Assembly (NCBI GenBank): GCA_964016885.1
Contig: OZ024747.1
Span: 51,770,001-51,834,000 of the forward strand
Origin: Eledone cirrhosa
Taxonomy: Eukaryota
Reading direction: 5' to 3'
DNA length: 64,000 nucleotides
Shown here piece after piece: positions 23,931-36,634 of the stretch (positions within the stretch are counted from its first letter, which is position 1; the number at the start of each line of letters is the position of its first letter). The translations under genes and the position numbers were made by a program. The notes under the pieces are model-generated. The model was not told where the DNA came from, did no database searches, and worked only from the letters and a program-made list of their open reading frames with translations.

Positions 23931-24888
23931 CGAAGGAAGTGTGGTAAGGAACCAGATGGACCATAACGCACCAGAGTACTCAATACTTAGGGTAGTAGCG
24001 TGGGTAATAGGAAAAAGTTCCAGCTCAAGCCGTCGAAACGGCTTGAGCTCTACAGTCGGGGTCTTGAAATTTTACCTATATATATATATATATTTATATT
24101 CTTGTATGCGTATTCCTTGCCCTTGATTTACATTGTTAAATTTCCCTCAAAACACACCCTCCTATCTTTGAGAAGTAAAGAGACATTGTATAATTCAGTC
24201 ATATGACTACACAACAATGAGACGTCCAAGGTTCTTATGCCTTTGGTCATATGTCTATCTGACTTGACACATTACCAGTCCTGCCCAGGTATATCGACGA
24301 GATGATTTGAAATCAATACCGCAAACAAACCATTCATCTTTTATTTGATAGTGAACTTTATTAATGATTGGCGCACATTTTGACTAATAGACTGAGCTCT
24401 AGGGATTGAAGTGCAGTTATGGGTCATGTAGCAACAATGTAGCACACTTTCACATGTTCGCTGACATTTTAACCACACAGACAATTGAAATCATCTCGTT
24501 ACATACAATAATAATCGACCATATAAAGAGAATAGTTGTAACAACCATTTCTTCAATGAATTTCGACAGCATTTATTGATTTCCTGTATGAGTGCTTCAA
24601 TGTAGCCTAGTGGTTTCGTTGTTCGACTCTAAATCATAAGGTAATACATTCGAGACCTGGAAACTACTTTATTTTACGTTTGTCTTTCTGTCAGAAATTG
24701 CAGCGTGTAGATAGTATTTTCATTTGAAACAGAAATAAAAAAAAATGTTATCTTGATTTCATGACAGCTTTCAAAATATGTTTTTTATTTTATTTGTAAA
24801 CAAATGAAGACTTATATAAAAAAAAAAAAGGCTTTTCAACAATGAGAATAGATAGGAAAAGTTACATATGTACCGCCCTGAAATGTAC

Positions 24889-25038
24889 CTGGTATCTTGG
24901 ACATGAAAATAAACTGAATATTGGAACGACAGTCATCTTGGTAACGGTTTGGCTGAGGGCATTGGTTATCGGTCCGGGATGGTAGAGGGAAATATTGCAA
25001 TGAGAGAGAATTTCTCCTATCCATGGGGGTGAATCAGC
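24889..25038 (-). CDS. Candidate isolated 150-nt coding exon (host gene unknown)
   Basis: Non-repetitive, GC-richer island. T-rich tract then taAG, 50 open codons (ADSPPWIGEILSHC...CPRYQ), then GTacat. No family recognised. Confidence 0.25.
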
Positions 25039-26592
25039 CTTAATAAAATATTACACAATACAAAAATATTGAGTATTCCTTATGATGTTAATCAAAACCA
25101 AGTGAGAGTTTCCATTCTAAAAATAGAACTAATAATAGGAACTCTCAGACTAAATTCACGTTGATTTGGAAATAATCACAGAATAAACATTGCTAAACAA
25201 GTCATTTGCAACTTTGATATCGATCCTATGGAACAGTAATATAACTAACTACAGCCATCATTCGCAATTGAGCATAACTTGGTAGTGTGTACGATGCTTT
25301 CGCTAAGGCTTGTAGTTATCCATGTGGAAAATCCAGGATAGGTTATCTGAAATGAAAGTGAGCTACGCCAGCACTAGACTGGTACTTTCTTTATAGACCC
25401 TGAAAATATGAAAAGTAACGTGGACATAAGCGGTATTGGAACTCAGGGAGACGAAAGACATTCAACACTAACGACTCAGCCAAATAGACCGTATTAAGTG
25501 AAACAAAGAGATTGGATATTCATACTTTGAAAATGTGATCATACTTCCAATCACACATCAAACATTGAGTGCTATTTGAATACTGGTGCACTTCTATTAT
25601 GTATTAAACAACATTTATATATATATATATATATATGGGGGGGGGGTGCATCTGTGTGTATATATACATTTGCATTGTTTATATGTATCTCAACGGGTCA
25701 CTCTGTCCTCTCAGTATTTCTTTGTGAACACCGGAAATGAATGTTTGTAACACAGGAAAAAATATATATAGCTACTACCTTTAATATGTTTGTATATATT
25801 TTATCTAATGCGTATTTGTGGGCGATTACGAGAGTTTGTTTGTGTGACATCAATGGTTGATAAGGTCATGTTTCTGATTTATGAATTAACAAAACACTAA
25901 ACCCTCTGTGATATCAGTACGTATTTTGTTATCTTTCGCTGCTAATCGTTAACTTTGACTGCCTTTCGCGATAAAGTGACTAATCCACACGCATGGGGCA
26001 CTGTAGCACGGTGAAGTGAGAACATCAACCTGTAAAGCTATCTTTTAATTTTCGCCTTTTTCGCATTCATACATATATACGTACATACATGCTTACATAC
26101 ATACACGCATATATACATACATACAAATATAAATATATACATACATACATATATACATACACACATACATGCACACATAAAAACACACATACATAAATAT
26201 ATACATACACACATACATGCATACATAAATGCACACATAAAAACACACATACATAAATATATACATACATACATACATTCATATATATACATCCATACAA
26301 ACATACATACACACATACATAAACACATACATACATACACACATCCAGCCATACATACTCACATAAATAAATACATACATGCATACATACATACATACAT
26401 ACATACATACATGAATACATACATGCATGCATATATGCATGTATGTGTGTATGTATATATGTATGTATGTGTGTTTTTATGTGTGCATGTATATATGCAT
26501 GCATGTGTGTGTGCGTGTGTGTGCGTGTGTGTGTGTGCATGTGTTCCTCTCTATTCTCTCTTACTCTCTCCTTCTCTCTTGCTCTCTCTCTC

Positions 26593-26625
<33 letters not shown>

Positions 26626-26679
26626 GTCTCCTTCTTTCTTGCTCTCTCTCTCTCCTTCTCTATCTCTATCTTTCTCCCC

Positions 26680-26718
<39 letters not shown>

Positions 26719-27038
26719 ATGTGTTTGAATATTGTAATAACACTCGGGATCAACTTGCATAAATGGACTTTATCAATTTTTTTTTTCCCAACCGAAAGAA
26801 ATATCGCCACAATATTATCTTTGAGCTTTCATAACTGGATGAAAGAAATATGATGCTCTTTTTGAAGAAATACCATTTGCAATACATTTACAAAGTCTCT
26901 GGATTACGCTATTGCTAACAATTATAACGATTCTATCAGAATTATATTTGTTTGATAATACCTCAAATATATGAAGGTATGTCATGTTAGGTCAGGCCCT
27001 TATAGAGGTAAACAAATCATCTGAGCAACATAAAACAA

Positions 27039-27153
<115 letters not shown>

Positions 27154-27702
27154 TGTCTGTCTGTGTATGTGTATGTGATGGTGTTTCATGCAACATGTAT
27201 GCATGCTGTGTGGATGCTTTCATAGAAGAGGCATTCTACATTTGTTATGTGTGTTGTATTACCAAGTTAACGTTCCGTGTATTAACCACTCTGTTGTGGT
27301 AGAGGAAGAGGTATGCTACCCAAATTATCTCAATGTTTTACCAGAAAAATAATAATTAATATTGGACAAAATTGGAAAAGCAGATGCTTCCGTAGGAAAC
27401 AACTGGTTACCGTATTTCTAGGGAAAAACACTGATTCTAATGTTCAAATCGTTTTGAAGATTATTAATCGAAGACATTTAGTAATATAATTAACTTTCTC
27501 ATTATCGAGTTGGTATTTGGAAAATAACTTAACAAAGTTCCATTCATAATACTGTCAGTAAATGTATTTTAAATAACTATAAATAAACACTTTGAAATAA
27601 ATACATTTGTATCATAAAACCTGATGCGGTACCTGGAGGTTTGCTATCAAATATGTTGCCAGCTTTCATTGTCATTATTAGTTGTATAAATTAGTTGTAT
27701 AA

Positions 27703-27891
27703 GGGCGGTGAATTGGCAGTATCGGTAGAAGGTCGGACGCCATGCTTTCCAGCATAGTTACGTCCCTTTACGGTCTGAGTTCAAATCCTGTCGAGGTTAA
27801 CTTTGCCTTTCATCCTTACCGGGTCGATAAAATAAAGTACCAGTAATGAACTGGGTAATTGCTGGCCTTGTGCCTAAAGTAGAAACAATTA
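27703..27891 (+). mobile_element. Full-length tRNA-derived SINE
   Basis: gggcggtgaattggcagtatcgg (A-box) ... gagttcaaatcc (B-box) ... core ... gtagaaacaatta. Confidence 0.9.
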
Positions 27892-27998
27892 TATACATAT
27901 ATACTCATTAAAACAACAACAGAGGGCAGGACCGGAAAATTTACTTTAAAATTTTACTTCCCCGAGAGCACTATACATATTTCGATGGCCCAGCTCTA

Positions 27999-28082
27999 TC
28001 ATCCTTACCGGGTCGATAAAATAAAGTACCAGTAATGAACTGGGTAATTGCTGACCTTGTGCCAAAAGTAGAAACAATTATT
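27999..28082 (+). mobile_element. 3' half of the same SINE
   Basis: tcatccttaccgggtcgataaaataaagtaccag...gtagaaacaattatt. Confidence 0.85.
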
Positions 28083-28270
28083 AGTTGTATAAATGGAAAA
28101 ATGATCCTCGGAAGTATTTGAACTGTGTACACAGATAGCAGTAATGAAATACGTCATGGTAGTTACCTCGGTAGTGATTCACTTAACACATCATTGTTTT
28201 TGTAAAACATTATTGTGTTAAACAGAGTAGTGAATTCCTAGATTTGTCAGACAAATGGACTGCTGATATA

Positions 28271-28459
28271 TAATTGTTTCTACTTTTGGCACAAGGTCAG
28301 CAATTACCCAGTACATTACTGGTACTTTATTTTATCCACCCCCGTAAGGATGAAAAGCTAAGTTAACCTCGGCGGGATTTGAACTCAGAATGACAAGGGC
28401 CGTAACTCTATGCGTCAAAGCATGGCGTCCGACCCTCTACTGATACTGCCAATTCACCG
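28271..28459 (-). mobile_element. tRNA-derived SINE
   Basis: Reverse complement of the family consensus including both boxes and the 3' end. Confidence 0.9.
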
Positions 28460-31149
28460 AAGCCATTTGTATTCTGGGATAAAATCCTGTCGTGATTGAG
28501 TTTGCTATTCATCTTTCCAGGAACGATGAGATAATTATCGATCACGCTTCCACCCTTAAAACTACCAAGAAGAAGAAGAAGAAGAAGAAGAAGAAGAAGA
28601 AGGAGGAGGATGGGGGGTTCACCAAGATGAAAGCAGAAGAGAAATGACAACAGGCTGATTACCGATTGATGACATCGGTACAAAATTATTCTAAACAGTT
28701 TGGGAAAGAATCATACAGAGACAAATAGAAAATAATATAACAGCCTTCCCAATCCTTAATGAGGTCGATAATGAAAATACAAAATTGGAAAAAAAAGAAA
28801 AAAATGTTTCCTGTCCTACAGAAATACACCAAAACCAAAAGTGAAAAAAGAAAGATGTACCCAAAATGAAAGAGAACCTAAAGCAAAATATCATCGTTAA
28901 ATCGCAAACAATTGGTCATGGAAAGTGACAAACGGTTCTTTGACTAAAAACAAACATCGTATCTCTAATACTAAGTGAAATCTGCAGAAAGTAACTAAAA
29001 TCAAAACAGAAACCAAAGTAAGGAAATTAGAAAATGTAGAACGCTGAGATTGAATGGAAAGTTGTTGGATTGCCACTGGCGTGAGTGGTAAAGAGAAACA
29101 AATGCAATAAATGAACAACCGTGGGAATATCAAGTGAAGAAATAGTCCAGAATATAAATAATGAGAAGCACCCAGAAATGACAAGGGTCCATCTGCTGGC
29201 TAACGGAAACCTGTAAGGTATTGCAAAAAATATAATCAATGATCTACTGAAAAAAAAATAAAACAGAAATACCACCTGTGTAGTTCACCGAATAAATCTT
29301 AATCAACAAAACTAACGAGACATTGAAACTCCCCAATTTCCACATCCATGTCTTCCTTGCACACAAATGTAATATATACAGCATTAAAAACAATATTGTA
29401 AGACATAAATCCTCAAACGTAAGAAACCAATATATATTTAAAAGAAAAACTAGTTTTATGAGAATGTCGGGATAATAAAAGAAGTTTCCATGTTGTAAGT
29501 TCCTCTCCTCTGGTTGTTACGCAGTCAATACATATGCAGGGCAATATATGCTGGAAAACCTTTGGTATCTAGGACCTCAAACTTTGGAAAAATTGATTGA
29601 AAGAGTAGTGTTGTTAAGCTGGGTTTAGTATCAGATTTACACTCTAAAAATATAAAGGTCGATTATTGATTAAAAAAAAAACATATTTGAAAATTACACA
29701 AGGAAAAGGTTGTTGAAGATGATGCGAGGTGCTTACTCCGTATAAACTCCTGAAACGATAGCTACGAATAAGGTAGAACTAGAGACAAAGGCAAATTAAT
29801 TTATAGAGAGAGCTAAGGTTGAGACGGTGGAGAGAGCTAAGGTGGTGACGGTGATGGTGATGGCGACAGTGATGGTGATGGTGGTGGTGGTGGTGGTGGT
29901 GACGGTGGTGGTGGTGATGATGGTGGTGGTGACAGTGGTGGTGGTGGTGACCGTGGTGGTGACGGTGGTGGTGACAGTGATGGTGACAGTGATTAGTGGC
30001 CGTGGTGGCGACGGTGGTGGTGATAGGGGTGGTGAGAATGAGTAAAGTATATGAAGCGATGCAGTTTAAAAACTGAAGAATTAACTACACTGAAGATTAT
30101 GGGAATATAATTATAGAAGTTATGATGAATGAATGAGTGGGTGATGGCGGGATGGTATGGGTGATAGGTAAATATCTGAAATATATAAGATATATGAATA
30201 TAATTTATGAAGATATAATTACGATGAATGTTATGGAAATATAGATAACATGGAATTATGAATGATGATAGTTGTGGTGGTGGGGTGGTGTTGCTGTTAG
30301 GCACATATAAGATATAAAGTATGAGGAATAAACGAAGTAAGGAAAAAATGAAAAAATGAACAAATGAAACGGGAATGAATTCGTTTTGCAAGGTTTTTTT
30401 ATATGAAATCGAGAAAAAGCTGACACAATGGAGGGGAAATGAAAAATTGAAAATCGAAAAGTTGGAAAGATGATAAAAAATGACAAAATGAAGAAAAATA
30501 GAACTTTTTTTTATATCAAATTATTTTTAATTTTAAAATTTAAAGATTAAAAAAAAAAAAATTACAATAATAATATAATATAGAGTAATGTAATATGAAG
30601 TAAACTAAAATATAAGGATTAGAAGAATATAAGAATGATGGAGGTCATGGAAATATAGAGTATAATGTATTACATATGACATATTATACATAAGACTGGT
30701 GAAATATATGAAACATTGTTTTTGGTGCTGGGTTACCCACAGTTAGTGAGGCTTAGGGGCTGGCAGTGGTTGCCGAGATATAGTGTCTAGACGGGGTGGC
30801 GGGTACTGCGCCAAAATGTATAGATTAGTCACTTTTGTATCAATTCAAGCGTATATATTGATAGTTATAGTTAACTGAACGAAGATAAAACTGCAGTAAA
30901 GGTAAAGGTTTATATAGTAGTATTGTAGCTAAATATGTATAATAAAGCCTCTGACGGAGGTGATAAGACAGAGACAGTATTAAGGGAAGAAGTGGTATGT
31001 TTTATATATTATATTCTATAGAGATTCGTTGACCATTGATGACTTGCTATTAGAAAGTAGAGAGCTTCAATTATGGCAGTTAAAAACAGTTTAGAACACT
31101 TAATAAATGATGTTGCCATAAAACAACTCGCAGATTTTACTAGATAAGG

Positions 31150-32450
31150 AAATTGCTCTGGCTAATTTTAAATATTCAGGTCGCTGACTTGGTGAGTGTA
31201 ATGGAGAATGTGTCCCGCATGTGCGATCCAACTGAACTGGGAAGACACGTACCACACTTCATCAGTCGCATGCAGTTCTCTGACTACAATCGAAGAAACA
31301 GAATCAGGGTGTACAAAGGAGCCACAGAGAAATATAAGTTCACCATGGAGATGGACATGAAAGGGATTTGCCCAATGTACAGGAGCAAAACATGGAATAG
31401 CATAGATAGGACTAAACATAAGATAGGGAAAACCGCTTCATGGTACGACAACCAGAGATACCAGAGTGTCATGTTCGTGGATGCAACCCCTGAAGGTGAA
31501 TTAGCTAACCAATATAGAAAGGTCATAAGAAAGACCCATTTAAAGATTAATGTGGTAGAAAAGCCAGGAACCACCATAAAAATCCCTGATCATCAAAATT
31601 TACCCCTTCAAGAAATGTGTTATATGTAGAATGAATCCACAAATAAATTGTAAAACTAGAAATGTAGCCTATAGCATAATATGTACAGAGGGTACTTTCA
31701 GAAACATGACAACGGCATACATAGGTGAGACAGCTCGAAGCATGGGGGAGAGATTAGACCAACACTGGGGTGAACTAATAGGATAAAAAGACAGTTGAGT
31801 ACTATATGAACACGCCAGACAAATACATGACGGTAATATAGACAACATAGACATTAGAATAATATCTAAACATAGAAATGACTCAACAGGTAGAGAAATT
31901 AGGGAAGCAACTGAAATAGAACTAGGAGAATCGAAGTTGAACAGACAAAAATGAATGGAATAACAACAACAACCATACACAAACACACAATAGTGACCTA
32001 AGATAAATATAGATAAGTATACACAGGTACAACAACAACAACCACACATAAACACACACTAGAGAACAAAGATATAATACAAACACACACAGACTCAGAC
32101 ACGAACACACAACAAAGAGAAAACATACACACACAAACGCATGCGCAAAGAGTAACAAGAATAAATATATAAATAAATATAAAAAATTAATGAAAATAGA
32201 ATAGACATTACAATACAACGGGAGGAAACATAATAATACCACTGATGATGTCATAGTTGTGTGATGAAAGAACTTTGATAGACTATATATATATTTATAT
32301 CTATATTTTTAACTGTTGATCAATCAATGATAATCAATGATTGTCAGCTAAATTAACTAAAGGGATATAAAATATACAGAAGCGAAATCCAATCCAAACC
32401 AAACACTTAGTGTGTTTTATTGTATATTTCTGGCAATATTATAATAATAT
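31150..32450 (+). mobile_element. Decayed Penelope-like element of a third lineage (RT thumb, GIY-YIG, pLTR with hammerhead-like motif)
   Basis: SVMFVDATPEGELA, INVVEKPG, CKTRNVAYSIIC, AYIGETARSMGERLDQH, REIREATEI, several stops. CTGATGA..GAAA at 32242-32269. Outer boundaries are approximate. Confidence 0.8.
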
Positions 32451-32699
32451 GACCCTCCCGATGATAAGCAGATCTTAGCGCTCCAAATCACTACACGTCA
32501 GTAGTTTATCCCAGGTAGGTGATAATGAGTGACGCAGTATTGATTTATCATATAATTGTTTCTACATTTGGCACAAGGCCAGCAACCATCCCATATATAT
32601 ATATATAAGCTGCGATTCTTTGCTTAAACTTTAATCTGTTATTTTAATAAATATATATATATATATATGACTTGGGCTTTGGTGTTGGTGTAGAGCAGT

Positions 32700-33028
32700 G
32701 ATATCAGGTCCACTATCCTCTTGGGGATTCCATAAGCCTGTAAGATCTTCATCAGGCAGTAACATCCCAAAAGTCAGCTCAAAAGTGACACAGAGGAGAC
32801 TGAGGTTAGCTGGACATGCTCAGCGACATCCAGAGTTGACATTGCACTCAGTACTCCTTTGGGAGCCCCTACATGGACACACTAGAAGAGGAAGACCAAG
32901 GTTAACGTATGTTGATGCCCTAAGGACAGACACTGGTCTGTTGGAGATGCAGGACATGGCAGCGACAATGAGGGACAGAGACCGCTGGAGAGAACTCGTC
33001 CATGGATCTCGGGAATTTTACCCGCCTT

Positions 33029-33030
<2 letters not shown>
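32700..33030 (+). mobile_element. 3' terminal fragment of an RTE-like LINE inside (TA)n
   Basis: RRLRLAGHAQRH...LLWEP.HG..RRGRPRLTYVDAL...DRDRWRELV. Confidence 0.8.
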
Positions 33031-33076
<46 letters not shown>

Positions 33077-33130
33077 GTGAGGTTTTTTTTACAAAATGAG
33101 AAATAACCGAGGTGTCCTACACAAGTGAAA

Positions 33131-33426
33131 ATATAAAGAAAAAGAGATGAAATCGAAAATTGCAACTGGAGTCTTATTTTTTTTTTAAATATATATATTT
33201 ATTTGGTTCCTTTACCGGTTTCGCAGTTCTTCTGCTTTTCAAAAGGTGAGTTGAGATGGAGGGTCTGTGGTTTTTCTCACATCTGGTGAGAAAAACCACA
33301 GACCCTCCATCTCAACTCACCTTTTGAAAAGCAGAAGAACCGCGAAACCGGTAAAGGAACCAAATAAATATATATATTTTTTTAAAAAATAAGACTCCAG
33401 TTGCATTTTCGATTTCATCTCTTTTT

Positions 33427-33434
<8 letters not shown>
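33131..33434. repeat. Near-perfect foldback (~150-bp arms, 5-nt loop) with an outward-facing hammerhead in each arm
   Basis: Arms meet at ctcac-atctg-gtgag (33276-33290). Hammerhead motifs at 33209-33246 (minus) and 33320-33357 (plus). Confidence 0.9.
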
Positions 33435-33472
<38 letters not shown>

Positions 33473-33775
33473 ATTATTATTATATACACGCACATACGCA
33501 CACATATATATATATATATATGAATGTATATAACAATATGTGTGTATGTGTACGATAGCTACAAAGAAAAGACAGGGAAACAAAACAACAAAAAGGGGCC
33601 AATATTAACATATAATGTAATTGTCGGTTGAACAAGTGTTGTATATTCAGTTTCTACATATTTTTTCTGTATATAAGTCTGTAGGATTATTTGCATGTGT
33701 GAAAGTCTATAATGCGTAAACACACACATATATATATAGCCTATGTTCATTCATACATACATACATACATATATA

Positions 33776-34010
33776 CGTGAGACACACATACATCCGTACA
33801 TACATACATACGTGAGACACACAAACATACGTACATACATATATACGTGAGACACACATACATCCGTACATACATACGTGAGACACACATACATCCGTAC
33901 ATACATACATACATACGTGAGACACACATACATCCGTACATACATACACACGTGAGACACACACACATACGTACATACATACGTACATACATACATACGC
34001 GAGACACACA
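33776..34010. repeat. Minisatellite, ~31-39-bp unit (cgtgagacacacatacatccgtacatac...), ~7 copies
   Basis: Recurring cgtgagacacaca anchor separated by a variable number of TACA units. Confidence 0.85.
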
Positions 34011-34570
34011 TGCACACACAAACATGATCACACACACACACACACACATACACACACACACACACACACATCACACACACGAAATTGTGAAACATTAGGG
34101 ATGTGGAAAATGCATATGAGATTTAGAGGACTCTAGCACAATTTTATTTTGAAACCTCCGAGAAACAAACGCTTTTTTTTAAACAATTAAAAAATAATAG
34201 TTTACAAAATAAAAACACTTTTTTTTTTGCGGGGAAGAGATGACATGTAAACCTGCAAAGTCAGTTCTTAAAGAAAAACAACAACGTTTATGGTTGGTGT
34301 TGAGGGATTAAGCAATCAAAATATTATTATCAATATCTCTGCTTCAGTGATTACATTTCATCAAGGATGAATGACCAAGAATCATTTTTTTTTTTGTTTT
34401 TCTTCTTAAATTACAATATTTCACAACATTCCCGATTAGGAACGATAAAGTAGAAATATCTTCATTTCATATATTTAAATATATGTATATGTATATATTA
34501 TATATATGTATATATATGTGTGTATATATTTGTGTGTGTATATATGTATATATATATATGTGTATGTATG

Positions 34571-34640
<70 letters not shown>

Positions 34641-34701
34641 TATATATATATATATAGATATACACACAAATATATATATATATATATACATATATGCACA
34701 C

Positions 34702-34743
<42 letters not shown>

Positions 34744-34745
34744 TC

Positions 34746-34815
<70 letters not shown>

Positions 34816-34817
34816 AT

Positions 34818-34886
<69 letters not shown>

Positions 34887-34991
34887 ATATACATTTATAT
34901 ATTTATATATATGTGTATATACATATATATATATACATATATGGAAAAGTAATTACAGAAATATTATTAAAATATAAAGTCATACAGACGT

Positions 34992-35056
<65 letters not shown>

Positions 35057-35929
35057 AGAGGTCAAAATAAAATACCCTGAAAATAAAAATAATTATTAGA
35101 AAATGCAATGAAATGTAATGAAAGCAAAAAAAAAATGTTTTTAAACAAATGTGAAAAGATATACGTATATATATATATATAAATGTTTAAAATAATAAAT
35201 ATACATATGTGTGCGTGTGTATATATGTATGTAGGTATGTATATATGTATATATGTATGTACGTATGTATGTATGTATGTATGTATGTTTTTATGTAAAT
35301 TAATGTATGTATGTCTATATGTATGTATATATGTAAATATTCCTCTATGAATGTGTGTGTGTGTGTTAATGTATGTATTTGTGTTAGTGTTTGTGTTAGT
35401 GTATGTGTTTTTGTGTATGTGCTTGTTTTTATCTATGTATTTGTGTTTGAAATTTTTTTTTTGTGTGTTTATATATGTGTGTGTGTACGTGTGAAGTTGT
35501 GTGTGTTTGTATGTGTTTTGTGTGTATTCTGAATAAAATTGGCAAAATCTTTAGAAAATAATCTTGTATATATTGTGTGTTGAATTGCATTGCTATTAAT
35601 TCTACGCAAATTCTTCACTCTCATAACAATCTGATAGCAAAAATTGACAAAAAATATTCCGTTGGGCGGCAACAGCAGCAGCCGCGGTGGTGACGGTGGC
35701 GGCGGCTGGGAGGGGCAACATCCCCCCATAATCCCTTGTACCCCCAGAAATATGTGGATTGTTTGCCTGGAAATAATGTGAAGTAGAAATAACAAAAATA
35801 CAAACAGATATTAAGAGAGGGATTGGCGAGGGGGTAGGACAGGAAATATACCATAACAACAATAACAACAAAAGCTAAAAACAATGGCAATAACAACAAC
35901 AGTTAAAACAACAACAACAACAACAGTTA

Positions 35930-35973
<44 letters not shown>

Positions 35974-36162
35974 GTAACAACGATAGCAATCAATGAGAAG
36001 AAAAATAATAACAACCGCAGTAAAAACTATAAGAACAATATCAACACCAACAACAACAACAATACCATGAATAACAGTAGCTACAATAGTAAGATCAACA
36101 ACATCGATAAAAATAAAATTACAAGTACAGCTACAATAACAACAGCAATAATATCAACAAGA

Positions 36163-36206
<44 letters not shown>

Positions 36207-36426
36207 AGCTACAATAACACCAGCAATAATGTCAACAACAAGAACAGAAACAACAATAATGTTAGCGTTAATATCCATAACAACATCAATATCAACAATA
36301 ACGGGAACAATATATAAAACAACAACTGAGAATAGAAATTAGATAGATTAAAAAAATAGAGACTTGTCATTTTGTCATCTGGGAATGAGAAATTATTTAC
36401 AAATCGCATCAATAATAATAATAATG

Positions 36427-36474
<48 letters not shown>

Positions 36475-36476
<2 letters not shown>

Positions 36477-36612
36477 TGTTTCTACTTTTGGCACAAGGCC
36501 AGCAATTATCCAGTGTATTACTGGTACTTTATTTTATCGACCCCGTAAGGATGAAAGGCAAAGTTAACCTCGGCGGGATTTGAACTCAAACCATAAAGGG
36601 CCGTAACTCTTT
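36475..36612 (-). mobile_element. 5'-truncated SINE with long (ATT)n tail (36411-36477)
   Basis: Core, B-box and 3' end present. The A-box end is replaced by the tail of the adjacent LINE. Confidence 0.9.
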
Positions 36613-36634
36613 GCTTAATAATAATAATAATAAT

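Noticed and set aside
28620-29620. Possible very old non-LTR remnant
   Set aside because: A-rich, coding-like skew, but no diagnostic motif could be read with confidence.
31796-31798. In-frame TGA in the third PLE endonuclease
   Set aside because: Accompanied by TAA and TAG stops nearby; ordinary decay.
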